This document shows positions 19,638-28,410 of a stretch of DNA of 64,000 bases, piece by piece (the first letter of the stretch is position 1; each line of letters begins with the position of its first letter). The DNA lies in the NCBI GenBank assembly GCA_965237685.1, contig CBDEGF010000003.1, positions 1,276,069 to 1,340,068 of the forward strand, read 5' to 3'. Source of the DNA: Candidatus Marinacidobacterales bacterium. GTDB lineage: Bacteria; Acidobacteriota; Vicinamibacteria; Marinacidobacterales; SMYC01. Made by a program: the position numbers and the translations under genes. The notes under the pieces are model-generated. The model had not been told where the DNA came from, made no database searches, and was given only the letters and a program-made list of their open reading frames with translations.

Positions 19638-19663
19638 GTCACGCACTGCTGCCGCAAGGACAC
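19638..19663. repeat. IS66-family copy A right terminal inverted repeat
   Basis: gtcacgcactgctgccgcaaggacac. Confidence 0.8.
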
Positions 19664-19671
19664 GGTATTCA
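19664..19671. repeat. target-site duplication (GGTATTCA), right of IS copy A
   Basis: Identical octamer at 16129-16136. Confidence 0.85.
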
Positions 19672-20435
19672 TCGCGCGGTCTGGGATCTGAGATATGACC
19701 CTCTACCGGAGCCGACGGGCGTCGCGAGCATCGGGTTCAACGCGTCGGCGACGCCGCTCGTGCTTCCCGGTCGTTACACCGTCGAGCTCGATACCGGAAG
19801 CATCCGACTCACCAAAGACCTCGAGGTGCGTCTCGATTCGCGCATCGAAATTTCAGAAGCAGAGGTGCGCGCGCAACACACGGCGGTGAAGCGACTCACG
19901 GAGATGGAGAAGCGCGCCATCGATGCGCTCGAGAGCATCGAGGCCATCGGGAAACAGCTGGACCGCATTGCCGAGCGGCTGGGAGAGGACGACGACAAGG
20001 CCGAGCTCCTCGCCGAAATCAAGAAGCTCTGGGAGCCACTCGACAGCATCGAAACGGAGCTCGTCCGGGACACGCCCGGCCTCGCCTACCGGTCGGCGGC
20101 GAAGATTCTCGAAAAGATTCGACAGCTCCGCTCCGGTGGCGGAACTACCCCGGCATCGAAGGAGCACTGGCTCCGCCCACCGACGAGCAGAGCAAGTGGC
20201 TGGATGCGTTCGACGAGGAACTGCGCGATGTCGAGGCCCGTCTCGGGCAATTCGTTTCGGAGAGTCTGGCCGCGATCAACCGGCTGTTGACGGAGGCTTC
20301 GGTGCCGCACGTCATCCCACGCTAGGATCATAGTCTCCAAGTACCGGGACAAAACACCAAGATCGCAAAGAGCGCAAAGCGTGAGCGGGATTTCGCTCTT
20401 CGCCTTTTGATGCTCCCGCTGGCTGGATAACTCCT

Positions 20436-20639
20436 TCAGGTAAAGAGCCTACACAGTCTTGAATCGGTATCAAGGATATGTCGCATCATTGTCCCCGCAT
20501 CGGCACCGAGAGCGGTACGGACGCCGATCTCGCGGGTTCGCTCGGTCACGGTAAACGCGACCACGCCGTAAACACCGAGGGCGGCGACGACTCCGAGACC
20601 CCCACCGAAAAGCGCCAACAAGACCGACTCCACCAGCAT
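20436..20639 (-). pseudogene. ABC-transporter permease (FtsX/MacB-like) C-terminal fragment (67 aa)
   Basis: [45 protein letters not shown] is the conserved last TM segment of the FtsX-like permease family. Nothing upstream. Confidence 0.5.
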
Positions 20640-20790
20640 TTGCCGCCCGATACTCTGGAGAGGTGTCGTCTACGTCGGTCGGACGGAGTGGGCGTTGTCA
20701 GCCCCAAAAATGGCGTAGGACTTCACCGACAGGATCAGCGGGTCCAAGCACTAGTCTCCCGGGGAATCCTGCCGGCCGGCTGCGAGATGT

Positions 20791-22260
20791 TTGTTGAAAC
20801 CTCCCCCGGCAAGCTACCCTGATAGTGAAGGGAGCGAGACGATAGAACCGCAAGAAGGACTTCCCGTCGAGCCCACGCCCACGTTCAGCGTACGGGATTT
20901 CATCCGACACCCGCCCAGGGTGACACGATGGTTCGTCCTGCTCATCACCGCCGTGTTCGCCGGGCAGCTAATTACGTGGAATTTCGATCTGGGGCTTCTC
21001 CGCTGGGGCGCGAATTCCGCCACACTGGTGGATCAGGGTCAGTACTTTCGGCTGGTGACCGCGAACCTTCTGCACGGCAGCTTTCTTCACTATGCTCTCA
21101 ACACCATCGCTGTCCTCTCGGTAGGCTCTCTGATCGAAGCTCTCATTGGAAGCCCTCGGGCGGCACTCGTCTACGTCGCGTCGGCCCTGGGGGGCGCGAT
21201 TGCCTCAACCGTGATCTCGGGTGCCGCACTCTCCGTCGGTGCCTCGACGACAGTGTTCGGCCTGGTGGGAGCCCTGGCGGTCCTCGGCGTCAAGTACCGG
21301 CGCGAGCTCCCGGTGCGAATCCGTCAGCCATTGTGGTGGTGGGCCCTCATCCTGGGCGTCAACGGGGCGTTATCCATATGGGTTCCCAGAATCGACGTCG
21401 CGGGGCACGCCGGAGGCCTGGTTGCAGGGTTGGTGGTGACGATCCTCCTGTACGGCGCTAAACCATCGCTGCACTCCTCACCGCCCGCCGGATCTGCCAC
21501 AAGGGTCCTGGCGGTGGCGGCCGTCGCGATGTGCGCGGTCGCCCTGGGCCAGGGCATCTACTACGCGGCGACGCTGACCGAAGAGGAAGAGTTCGAAGCG
21601 ATCGTGCTTGCCCTCGGAGACGAGGGGGCCGAGCTGGTCGCACTTCGAGACGCTACTCTCACGAACAACGAAGTCTGGGAAACGGCGATCGCTCCGGACG
21701 CCACGGAGGAGAGCCTTCGCGAGGCGCGCGACAGGCTGGCCCAGGCCATGGAGGGCATCCCGAGTGTTCCTGCGTTTCGCGACACCATCGCGACCCTGCA
21801 CTACCGGCTCGGAGAGTTCGACGCGGCGGTGGCGGAGCAGCGTCTGGCGATCGCCAGCGGCGATCAACAGGCTGCGATCTACTACAGCCAGCTCGCCCGG
21901 TTTCTCGCCGCACGTTACGCGCAGTCGGGGCCGCTGCTAGTCGGCGACGGTGGCGTGGAGGACATCGAGATCGGCTGGTCCATCAAGAGGATCCGGTTCC
22001 AGGTGGAAACGATACCGCCCGACGGTCTCGTGGCCCTCGCGATCCTCGTGCAGGACGGCGAGTTGCTCGGACTGCTCGAATTGACCTTCGGTTCCACCGA
22101 ACGTCGAGAGTTCGACATACCGGTCTGGCAGCTCGACGACTTCCCGAGGGAGGGGAAGCTCACCGTTGCGCTGATCGACGCCACCGGCTGCGGCTGCGAC
22201 GAGGAGATCTTCACGCCACGGTTCTGGCCGCTGGACCCCGAGGTGGCCGGCTATCCTTGA
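20791..22260 (+). CDS. rhomboid-family intramembrane serine protease with a C-terminal soluble extension
   Basis: ORF track. LLHGSFLHYALNTIAV, GAS..VFGLVGA (GxSx serine region) and AGHAGGLVAG (catalytic His helix). Six or more TM helices. Confidence 0.7.
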   Translation: MLKPPPASYPDSEGSETIEPQEGLPVEPTPTFSVRDFIRHPPRVTRWFVLLITAVFAGQLITWNFDLGLLRWGANSATLVDQGQYFRLVTANLLHGSFLHYALNTIAVLSVGSLIEALIGSPRAALVYVASALGGAIASTVISGAALSVGASTTVFGLVGALAVLGVKYRRELPVRIRQPLWWWALILGVNGALSIWVPRIDVAGHAGGLVAGLVVTILLYGAKPSLHSSPPAGSATRVLAVAAVAMCAVALGQGIYYAATLTEEEEFEAIVLALGDEGAELVALRDATLTNNEVWETAIAPDATEESLREARDRLAQAMEGIPSVPAFRDTIATLHYRLGEFDAAVAEQRLAIASGDQQAAIYYSQLARFLAARYAQSGPLLVGDGGVEDIEIGWSIKRIRFQVETIPPDGLVALAILVQDGELLGLLELTFGSTERREFDIPVWQLDDFPREGKLTVALIDATGCGCDEEIFTPRFWPLDPEVAGYP

Positions 22261-22274
22261 GAGAGGTCCGAAGG

Positions 22275-22823
22275 CTACTTCGATTCCGGGAAGTCAATGG
22301 AATCGAAAATCGAGGCGTGTTGTGGCTTGACCGCTCGATCCCTCGGAACCACACTCAGCACGAGATCCACTTCCTCCGAGGCGGGACGGTAGCAGGCCTT
22401 CTCGTCGCAGGCCTGATAGCGCAGACTCGCTCTGATCGTATGCTCCCCTGGCGCCACGTTGTCCGCAAGAGCAAACGCGACGCCGATCAGGAAGAAATCC
22501 TCGTAGACGGAGAGTGGCTCGTCGGAGAAGCTCGTCTCGAGCAGCATGGCCTTCGGATAGACGGTCTGCTCCACGGTAAGCCCCTCGGGCACGTCCAGCG
22601 ACAGCTCGGTGGGAATCAGGTACTTGTCGAGAGGAGCGTTCGAATTCACGTGATAGCCTCGAGGAAGTCGAACCTCGAAAGCCACCCTGGTGCTGCCTCC
22701 GGCGTGAACCCCGTCGGCGTCGAGGAAGCTCGTCAGCATGACCTTTGGTGCCTGCGCCAAAGCAACAGCAGCGACTGCCACAACGAGCGCCGCCAGCCCG
22801 GCGACATGAGATCTTCTTGACAC
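22275..22823 (-). CDS. DsbD N-terminal (alpha) domain-like secreted thiol-disulfide protein
   Basis: ORF track. Signal peptide. Paired cysteines in YQACDEKACYRP, characteristic of the DsbD alpha-domain fold. Confidence 0.55.
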   Translation of the reverse strand: MSRRSHVAGLAALVVAVAAVALAQAPKVMLTSFLDADGVHAGGSTRVAFEVRLPRGYHVNSNAPLDKYLIPTELSLDVPEGLTVEQTVYPKAMLLETSFSDEPLSVYEDFFLIGVAFALADNVAPGEHTIRASLRYQACDEKACYRPASEEVDLVLSVVPRDRAVKPQHASIFDSIDFPESK

Positions 22824-22933
22824 GCGTTACCTCCGGTCTTTAGTGTTCTCGGACCAAACTCGCTGAATTTCGAGCGCGAGTCAAGTCGCGATCGAACAGG
22901 TGCCAGGCACCTTGTCAAAAGCTTTGAAAAGAA

Positions 22934-24334
22934 CTACTTGCGGATGAGCCAGCCGACCAGGAACGTCGCCATGCTCCCGATGAAGACGTTCCAGGTCCAG
23001 GCAACCGGGGTCACGAGATTGAGCAGGTAGGGGAATACGAAGCCGCACAGCATCCCGATGAGGGCACCCCCCGGCGTCGCTCGTGGCACGAAGACCGCGA
23101 GGAGAAAGGCGCCTACCGTCGGCCCCGAGGCGTACGAGAGTGCTGCCAGGCCGGCCTCCAGGGCCGAGGAGGCCCTCTGGGCAAGGATAGCGACCACGGT
23201 CTGTGCGACGCCCCAGAAGACGGTGAAAACTCGCCCGAGCTGGATCTGACGGCGCTCACCGACTTCGCGGCCCACATACGGTAGGTAGAAGTCCTTCAGT
23301 GTCGTGGAAGCGAGGCTGTTGAGCGACGGTGAGAGGGCCGCTGCAATTACGCCCGCAAGGATGAATCCCATCGCCGGGCCACGCAGCTGATCGGCGATGA
23401 AGCTCGGCAGGACGTCGTCTCCCCTCTCGAACGGTTGCCCCTCATAGAAGGACCACAGCAGCGTTCCGATGAGCAGAAACAGCGTGAACTGGGCGAGGAC
23501 CAGGAATCCCGAAAGTACCAGCCCGACACTCGCGTGGCGCGCGCTCCTAGCGACGAGCAGTCGCTGCACCAGATAGTGATCCGTGCCGTGGGTGGCCAGC
23601 GTCAGAAACATTCCGCCAATGATTCCTGACCAGAGCGTATACGTCGTGCCAAAGCTGAGCGTCGGATCGATGACGCGCATCTTGCCGGCCTCGAAGGCGG
23701 CGGACAGCGCACTCGTGACGTCGCCCGCCGGCAGCACCCGGATGATTCCCACCGCCACGATGCCCGCTCCGGCCAGATAGACGAACATCTGGATCGTGTC
23801 GGTCCAGATCGTGGCCTTCACGCCTCCTTCTTCCGTGTAGAGGATCATCGCCGCGGCCAGGATGAGAATGACGTAGACCTCCGGAACGCCAATTGCGATG
23901 GCGATGACGAGGGCGGCGGCGTGCAAGCGGATGCCATCCGCCAGCGTGCGGTAGACGAGAAAGACGGCGGCAGCGACGCTGCGCACCGACGACCCGAATC
24001 GCTGTCGGAGCAGCTCGTAGGAGGTGAAGACCTTCCCCCGGAAATAGGCGGGAATCAAGACGGCGGCGATGACGATGCGCCCAAGGACGTAGCCGATGGC
24101 GAGTTGCAGAAACGTCCAGTCCTCGTTGTAGGAGAAACCGGGCACGCTGGTGAACGTGAGCACGCTCGTCTCCGTCGCAACGACGCAGGCGGCAACTGCC
24201 CACCAGGGCACGCTTCGTTCGGCAAGAAAGTAGTCGCCGACCGATTTGCGGCGGCGTCCCAGATAGGAACCGAAGGCGGTGACCGCCCCCACATAAGCGA
24301 CGATAATGACGACGGTCGAAACTGACAGATTCAC
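22934..24334 (-). CDS. sodium:solute symporter family (SSF) transporter
   Basis: ORF track. 13 or more TM helices. SSF-type pattern (WWAVAACVVATETSVLTF, GGVKATIWTDTIQ). Confidence 0.85.
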   Translation of the reverse strand: MNLSVSTVVIIVAYVGAVTAFGSYLGRRRKSVGDYFLAERSVPWWAVAACVVATETSVLTFTSVPGFSYNEDWTFLQLAIGYVLGRIVIAAVLIPAYFRGKVFTSYELLRQRFGSSVRSVAAAVFLVYRTLADGIRLHAAALVIAIAIGVPEVYVILILAAAMILYTEEGGVKATIWTDTIQMFVYLAGAGIVAVGIIRVLPAGDVTSALSAAFEAGKMRVIDPTLSFGTTYTLWSGIIGGMFLTLATHGTDHYLVQRLLVARSARHASVGLVLSGFLVLAQFTLFLLIGTLLWSFYEGQPFERGDDVLPSFIADQLRGPAMGFILAGVIAAALSPSLNSLASTTLKDFYLPYVGREVGERRQIQLGRVFTVFWGVAQTVVAILAQRASSALEAGLAALSYASGPTVGAFLLAVFVPRATPGGALIGMLCGFVFPYLLNLVTPVAWTWNVFIGSMATFLVGWLIRK

Positions 24335-24337
24335 ATG

Positions 24338-24376
24338 CTCGGCCCGCCTTCGCGTGAAGCTTCGGCGGATCCGCCG
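24338..24376. repeat. short dispersed intergenic element, copy 1 (GCCCGCCTTCGCGTGAAGCTTCGGCGGATCCGCC)
   Basis: 33 of 35 positions are shared with 55705-55742. Contains the GAAGCTTC palindrome. Confidence 0.6.
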
Positions 24377-24426
24377 TAGCCTTTGGCGGAGGCGAACAGG
24401 CTGCAGATGCGCATTTCAGCAGCCTG

Positions 24427-25149
24427 CTACTGCACGATGAGACCCTTCGAGGTGACGCGAAACGGCGCCGGTATCAACGCCTCCACCTTCTTCCGGTAGC
24501 CTTTGACTTCCCACCGGAGACGCGCGAGCGCTTCGGCGATCCGCGTTCGCACACGGGCCGAGTCCTCTTCCTCGCTGGTGAGCGTCGCGAGCATCGGCTC
24601 CCGAGCCTTTTCATCGCCGTGTGCCTCCAGACACTCCACCGCCGCGTAGCGAACGGTGTCATCCGCGCTCTTCAAGCAGGGAAGCACGGCATCCACGACG
24701 CTCGGATCTGCCATCGACTCGAGCGTCTTCAAGATCTGAGTGGCCTTCTCCCCGCGGATGTAAACGGGATCGCCATCCTTGAGGATGTCGACCAGGTACG
24801 GGAGGAGCTTCTCCTGAGGCTGGAGGTTGCGTAGAACATCGATGGCAAAAGTGATCTTGTCGTAGTTCTTGGTGTAGCGCTTGACCGGCTCGATGGCCTC
24901 TTCGCCGAAAGCGACCAGCATGTCGCGGACGCGCTTCTTCTCGTCCTGATCGACCCCGAGGTTCTCCGATGTCGCCGAGAAGCGGCGTGCCAGACTATAG
25001 ATCGCATCGGGCGTCCCGATGTCCCGGAGCTTCTCGGCCGCCTCCATGCGCATCTCGTGCTGCGCGTAGCGCTGGAGCAGGGTCTTCGTGGCGCGGCCGA
25101 TCCGGAACTTCTGACGTCCTTCCGAGCTGAGCAGATCGGTCCATCCCAT
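24427..25149 (-). CDS. HEAT/PBS-lyase-like repeat protein
   Basis: ORF track. Repeated ~30-aa helical units with D..VR..A..AL motifs (DDTVRYAAVECLEAHGDEKA). Confidence 0.45.
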   Translation of the reverse strand: MGWTDLLSSEGRQKFRIGRATKTLLQRYAQHEMRMEAAEKLRDIGTPDAIYSLARRFSATSENLGVDQDEKKRVRDMLVAFGEEAIEPVKRYTKNYDKITFAIDVLRNLQPQEKLLPYLVDILKDGDPVYIRGEKATQILKTLESMADPSVVDAVLPCLKSADDTVRYAAVECLEAHGDEKAREPMLATLTSEEEDSARVRTRIAEALARLRWEVKGYRKKVEALIPAPFRVTSKGLIVQ

Positions 25150-25181
25150 ATCTGTTCCCTATCGAGCTCCTCGAGCCAACA

Positions 25182-26408
25182 TCAAGAAAGCTCCCACGCC
25201 AGCGGTGCTCCGCCGAGCGCTTTGTCGAAGAAGTCCAGAATCCGGTTCCAGAAGATGCCTTCCGGCGGATAGTTGTCGAAGCCGTGCTCCCCGCCCGGAA
25301 GAACCCACCGTCCACTTGGAAGGCCGCGCTCGAGCCGGAGCTCGTGCATTCTCTCCGAGTGCCGAGGAGGCACCTGAGTGTCCGCATCGCCGTGCACGAA
25401 GAGAACAGGAGCCTCGACGTCGGAGATGACGTCGATGGGTCGGACCGACGCCAGATCGAGACCGATCCGGTTTCGAACGGCGAGCGACAGCGGATAGCGG
25501 AGAAAGGCAGGAGCACCGCGCGCGTGAAGCATGTCACCCGCTGCTTCCCAGAGGTCACTGTACGGCGCATCGAGAGCCAGCGCACGCAGGTCCCGGTCTC
25601 GTGCTGCAGCATAGATCGCCGCGGCCGCCCCGTTCGACGTACCGAAGAGCACGATGCGATCCGGATGCACACCTTCGCGGCCTCGCATCCATCGCAACAT
25701 GCTCGTCACGTCGTGACGCTCGTTCATCGTGTAGGTAATGTAGTCACCCTCACTGGAACCTCTTCCGCTCAGGTCCATGGTCAGAAGCCCGTAGCCGCGG
25801 CGATACCAGTATTCAGCTCCCTGCTCGAGCGCCTGATATCGCGAGGAGTTCGCGCCGTGGACGAAGATCCCTGCGCGCCCGTCGCTTCGCCCGGGAGGCG
25901 GGATGAACCATCCCCGCAATCGAAACCCGCTATCGGACTGGAACTCGACCTCCTCGAACGGGAGGGCGAGGTCACCGGGGTCACGAAGGTACGGCTTGAG
26001 TGTGAGGCGGAGCTCTGTGGCCTCCCCGGCGCGAAGCGCGACCAGGGTCACGACGTCACCGGCCTCGTAGTTGTGAAGGAAGTGTTGCATGACGTCGCGC
26101 CAGTCGGTAAAAGTCTCGCCGTCCACCGAGGTTACGACGTCACCCGGCTCGAGCCCGATCTCCCGGCCCGCTTCGAAGGGGCGGACCATGCGCACCCCGG
26201 GAGGCTCTTCCGACGGCCGCGAAAAGCCGAGGAAAGCGAACCCGGGCACCGGCCCCCCCCTCTGGACATCCCCTCTCCAGAAATCGCGTCCGGGCACGCG
26301 CCGTGCGCCCGTCAGATATCTGAGCGCCATCCGATCGACGACCCGAGCACCCCAGATCCCTCCGCCAACAACCGCTACGAGTAGCACCAGTCCCAGAAGC
26401 TTCTTCAT
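25182..26408 (-). CDS. PDZ domain plus alpha/beta-hydrolase fusion protein, membrane-anchored
   Basis: ORF track 25182..26468. Start at the second Met (MKKLLGLVLLVAVVGG). PDZ motif GLEPGDVVTSVDGETFTDW. Hydrolase nucleophile elbow GTSNGAAAA and HGDADTQV. Confidence 0.7.
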   Translation of the reverse strand: MKKLLGLVLLVAVVGGGIWGARVVDRMALRYLTGARRVPGRDFWRGDVQRGGPVPGFAFLGFSRPSEEPPGVRMVRPFEAGREIGLEPGDVVTSVDGETFTDWRDVMQHFLHNYEAGDVVTLVALRAGEATELRLTLKPYLRDPGDLALPFEEVEFQSDSGFRLRGWFIPPPGRSDGRAGIFVHGANSSRYQALEQGAEYWYRRGYGLLTMDLSGRGSSEGDYITYTMNERHDVTSMLRWMRGREGVHPDRIVLFGTSNGAAAAIYAAARDRDLRALALDAPYSDLWEAAGDMLHARGAPAFLRYPLSLAVRNRIGLDLASVRPIDVISDVEAPVLFVHGDADTQVPPRHSERMHELRLERGLPSGRWVLPGGEHGFDNYPPEGIFWNRILDFFDKALGGAPLAWELS

Positions 26409-26868
26409 GGCACTCCTTCGCAGGCATGATATCCACCGTCGGGAAGTGGAGCAACGGATCCACGCCAATCTGTAATAATTCCTCCTCGAGGAGCGTAGTC
26501 AAGAGTGAATGCCACGGTTGGCACGACGCCGAGCGAGCGAAAAGCTAGCTCTAGCAAGAGCTGATTGATGCCGACCGAGGAGGAGCTCCGGCAGCTGGTC
26601 GAGAGCGCTCGTGCCGGTGACGCCCAGGCGTGGGGCCGCATCTACGAGGAAGGAATCCTTCTTATGGTCGTCCTGATTGCTTTGAGCGCGATTCACTGGA
26701 GCGCTCGTCGATGGCGCTCGTCGCTGACGTTTTCGCTTGCACTGGTCGGCGCGTTCGGTGCCCTGAACACTTCCGCCGAAGGCTGCGGTTATCGAGCTCA
26801 ACGGGGGCCGATACCGCCTCGTCGCGGGCGAGACTCTCGACAACGACCTCATCGTCGCCGGCGAGCGC

Positions 26869-27843
26869 GTGGTCATCGAAGGCGTCGTAACCGGGGACCT
26901 CATCGTGGCTGCGGGCGTCGTCGAGGTCAGCGGGCAGGTGCAGGGCGACGTTCTCTTCGCCGGGGGGCGGATCGAGATCACCGGCCGCGTCGACGGGAGC
27001 GTCCGTGGCTTCGGAGGCACCGTCGAGATCAAGGGAACCGTCGGTCGGAACGTTACGTTCTGCGGCAATGAGCTGCGACTGGAGCGCGATGGCCGGGTTC
27101 TGGGAAGCGTCATCGTTGCCGGCGAGACCTTCTTTCAGGAAGCCTCTGTGGAACGCGACATCCTCGTCGGCGCAACCAGACATGAGCTCCGGGGACGCAT
27201 CGGGGGCAACGCCCTCGTTGCCGGCGAGGAGCTGTCCATCGGACGAGACGCCGAGATCCTCGGGACGGTGACCTTCTACGGAAAGACTGAGCCCGAGGTG
27301 TCACCCGAAGCTCGCCTCTCGTCCGAAGTGACGTTCGAGAGCGTCGAGGAGCTCGACGACGACGACGGGAGCGGCGTGATCTCCTTCATGCTCAAGTGGG
27401 CGGCGGCGTTCCTGTTCGGCGCGGTGCTGGTGATTCTCGCACCTCGTTTTCGAGCGGCGGTCGCGGAGAACATATCCCCCTACGGTTGGGCCATGCTCGT
27501 CGGAGCGCTGGCTCTTCTGGCCATTCCGGTGACCGCGATCGTGGTGCTCTTGACCGTCGTCGGTATTCCGATTGCCATGGCGCTCCTGTTCATCTACGTC
27601 GTCAGCGTCTACGCCTCGCACATTTACGTCGGACACTGGATCGGCTCGGAGACACTCGGTCAGGCCGCGACTCTGACGCAACAGATGGGCCGACTGGCGC
27701 TGGGCCTGGCGCTCATCTACTTCAGCTCCCTCATCCCATACGCGGGGGTGCTCATCGAGGCCATCATCCTGATTTGGGGACTAGGAGCGATCGTCCGGAC
27801 GGTGTACGACGGCGTCCGGCGTGGGAGCTTGCAGACCGCGTAG
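26869..27843 (+). CDS. bactofilin-like (polymer-forming cytoskeletal, beta-helix) domain protein with a C-terminal polytopic membrane region. N-terminus uncertain.
   Basis: Repeating VxG beta-helix units (VVTGDLIVAAGVVEVSGQVQGDVLFAGGRIEITGRVDGSVRGFGGTVEIKGTVG...). The repeats already begin upstream of the first in-frame start (RYRLVAGETLDNDLIVAGE), so a frameshift or non-canonical start is likely. Confidence 0.5.
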   Translation: MVIEGVVTGDLIVAAGVVEVSGQVQGDVLFAGGRIEITGRVDGSVRGFGGTVEIKGTVGRNVTFCGNELRLERDGRVLGSVIVAGETFFQEASVERDILVGATRHELRGRIGGNALVAGEELSIGRDAEILGTVTFYGKTEPEVSPEARLSSEVTFESVEELDDDDGSGVISFMLKWAAAFLFGAVLVILAPRFRAAVAENISPYGWAMLVGALALLAIPVTAIVVLLTVVGIPIAMALLFIYVVSVYASHIYVGHWIGSETLGQAATLTQQMGRLALGLALIYFSSLIPYAGVLIEAIILIWGLGAIVRTVYDGVRRGSLQTA

Positions 27844-27885
27844 CGTCTCTTGACATGCTGGCCGTGATCGCGGACTCTGAAAGCG

Positions 27886-28347
27886 ATGTTCAAGTCCGTT
27901 CAAGAGTACTTCAGCGTTCGAATTTCGGTTGACGAGACACCACCGACGCTCGAGCAGATCCAGCTCGCCACCGCGGCACTTCTCATCGAGGTCTCGAGCA
28001 GCGACAACGAAGTCGCACCGGAAGAACGGGAAGCCATCCTCGACGCCTTGCAGTCGAGCTTCGGACTCGACGAATCGTCGACGCGTGAGCTGGTGGGGCT
28101 CGCCGAGAAGGCAGTACGGGAAACGATCTCCCTCTACGAGTTCACGCGCCTAGTCGACCGGAGCTTCTCACCGGAGCAGAAGAAGCACATCATCGGCCTG
28201 GCGTGGCAGGTGGCTTTTGCGGACGAACGGCTGGACGAGAACGAGGAGTACTTGATCCGAAAGCTCGCCACGTTGCTTCATGTGACCCACCCCGACTTCA
28301 TCGACGAGAAGCTGAAGGCGAAAGCCCAAACAAAAGAAAAAAGATAA
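27886..28347 (+). CDS. TerB-family (tellurite-resistance-like) protein
   Basis: ORF track. Amphipathic helical protein with ATAALLIEVSSSDNEVAPEEREAI and IIGLAWQVAFADERLDENEEYLIRKLA, matching the TerB pattern. Confidence 0.6.
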   Translation: MFKSVQEYFSVRISVDETPPTLEQIQLATAALLIEVSSSDNEVAPEEREAILDALQSSFGLDESSTRELVGLAEKAVRETISLYEFTRLVDRSFSPEQKKHIIGLAWQVAFADERLDENEEYLIRKLATLLHVTHPDFIDEKLKAKAQTKEKR

Positions 28348-28410
28348 CGCCTCCGGGCAGGGGCTCGGGCTTGGCGTGAAGCAGAATCGCGATCTCGAGA
28401 CAGAAGCTAG

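Larger units (their letters stand above)
16137..19663 (+). mobile_element. IS66-family insertion sequence, copy A (3527 bp). It has 26-bp imperfect terminal inverted repeats and an 8-bp target duplication GGTATTCA.
   Basis: Left end GTGTCCTTGCGGTAGTAGTGCGTGAG. The right end, reverse-complemented, is GTGTCCTTGCGGCAGCAGTGCGTGAC. GGTATTCA is present at 16129-16136 and again at 19664-19671. A near-identical inverted copy lies at 41598-44730. Confidence 0.9.
15027..20325 (+). pseudogene. sortilin/Vps10-domain BNR-repeat glycosyl-hydrolase-like secreted protein. It is disrupted by frameshifts (~15420, ~20147), an internal deletion, a ~370-bp in-place inversion (15600-15970) and an IS66-family insertion (16137-19663).
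   Basis: N-terminus 15027-: signal peptide plus [49 protein letters not shown]...[16 protein letters not shown]. Frame-shifted continuation: [40 protein letters not shown]. Minus-strand segment: SIITISESP...WIGTDDGRVQLTRDGGATWEDLTDNIPGQTL...VFKTTDYGRTWQNIAGNLPA. Plus strand again: ETCFYGENPPYGALINFYLKN...VTLRIRDAEGVTVRTLEEPAGQG. After the IS, in frame: IHRAVWDLRYDPLPEP...LPGRYTVELDTGSIRLTKDLEVRLDSR... ending at 20325. Confidence 0.7.
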
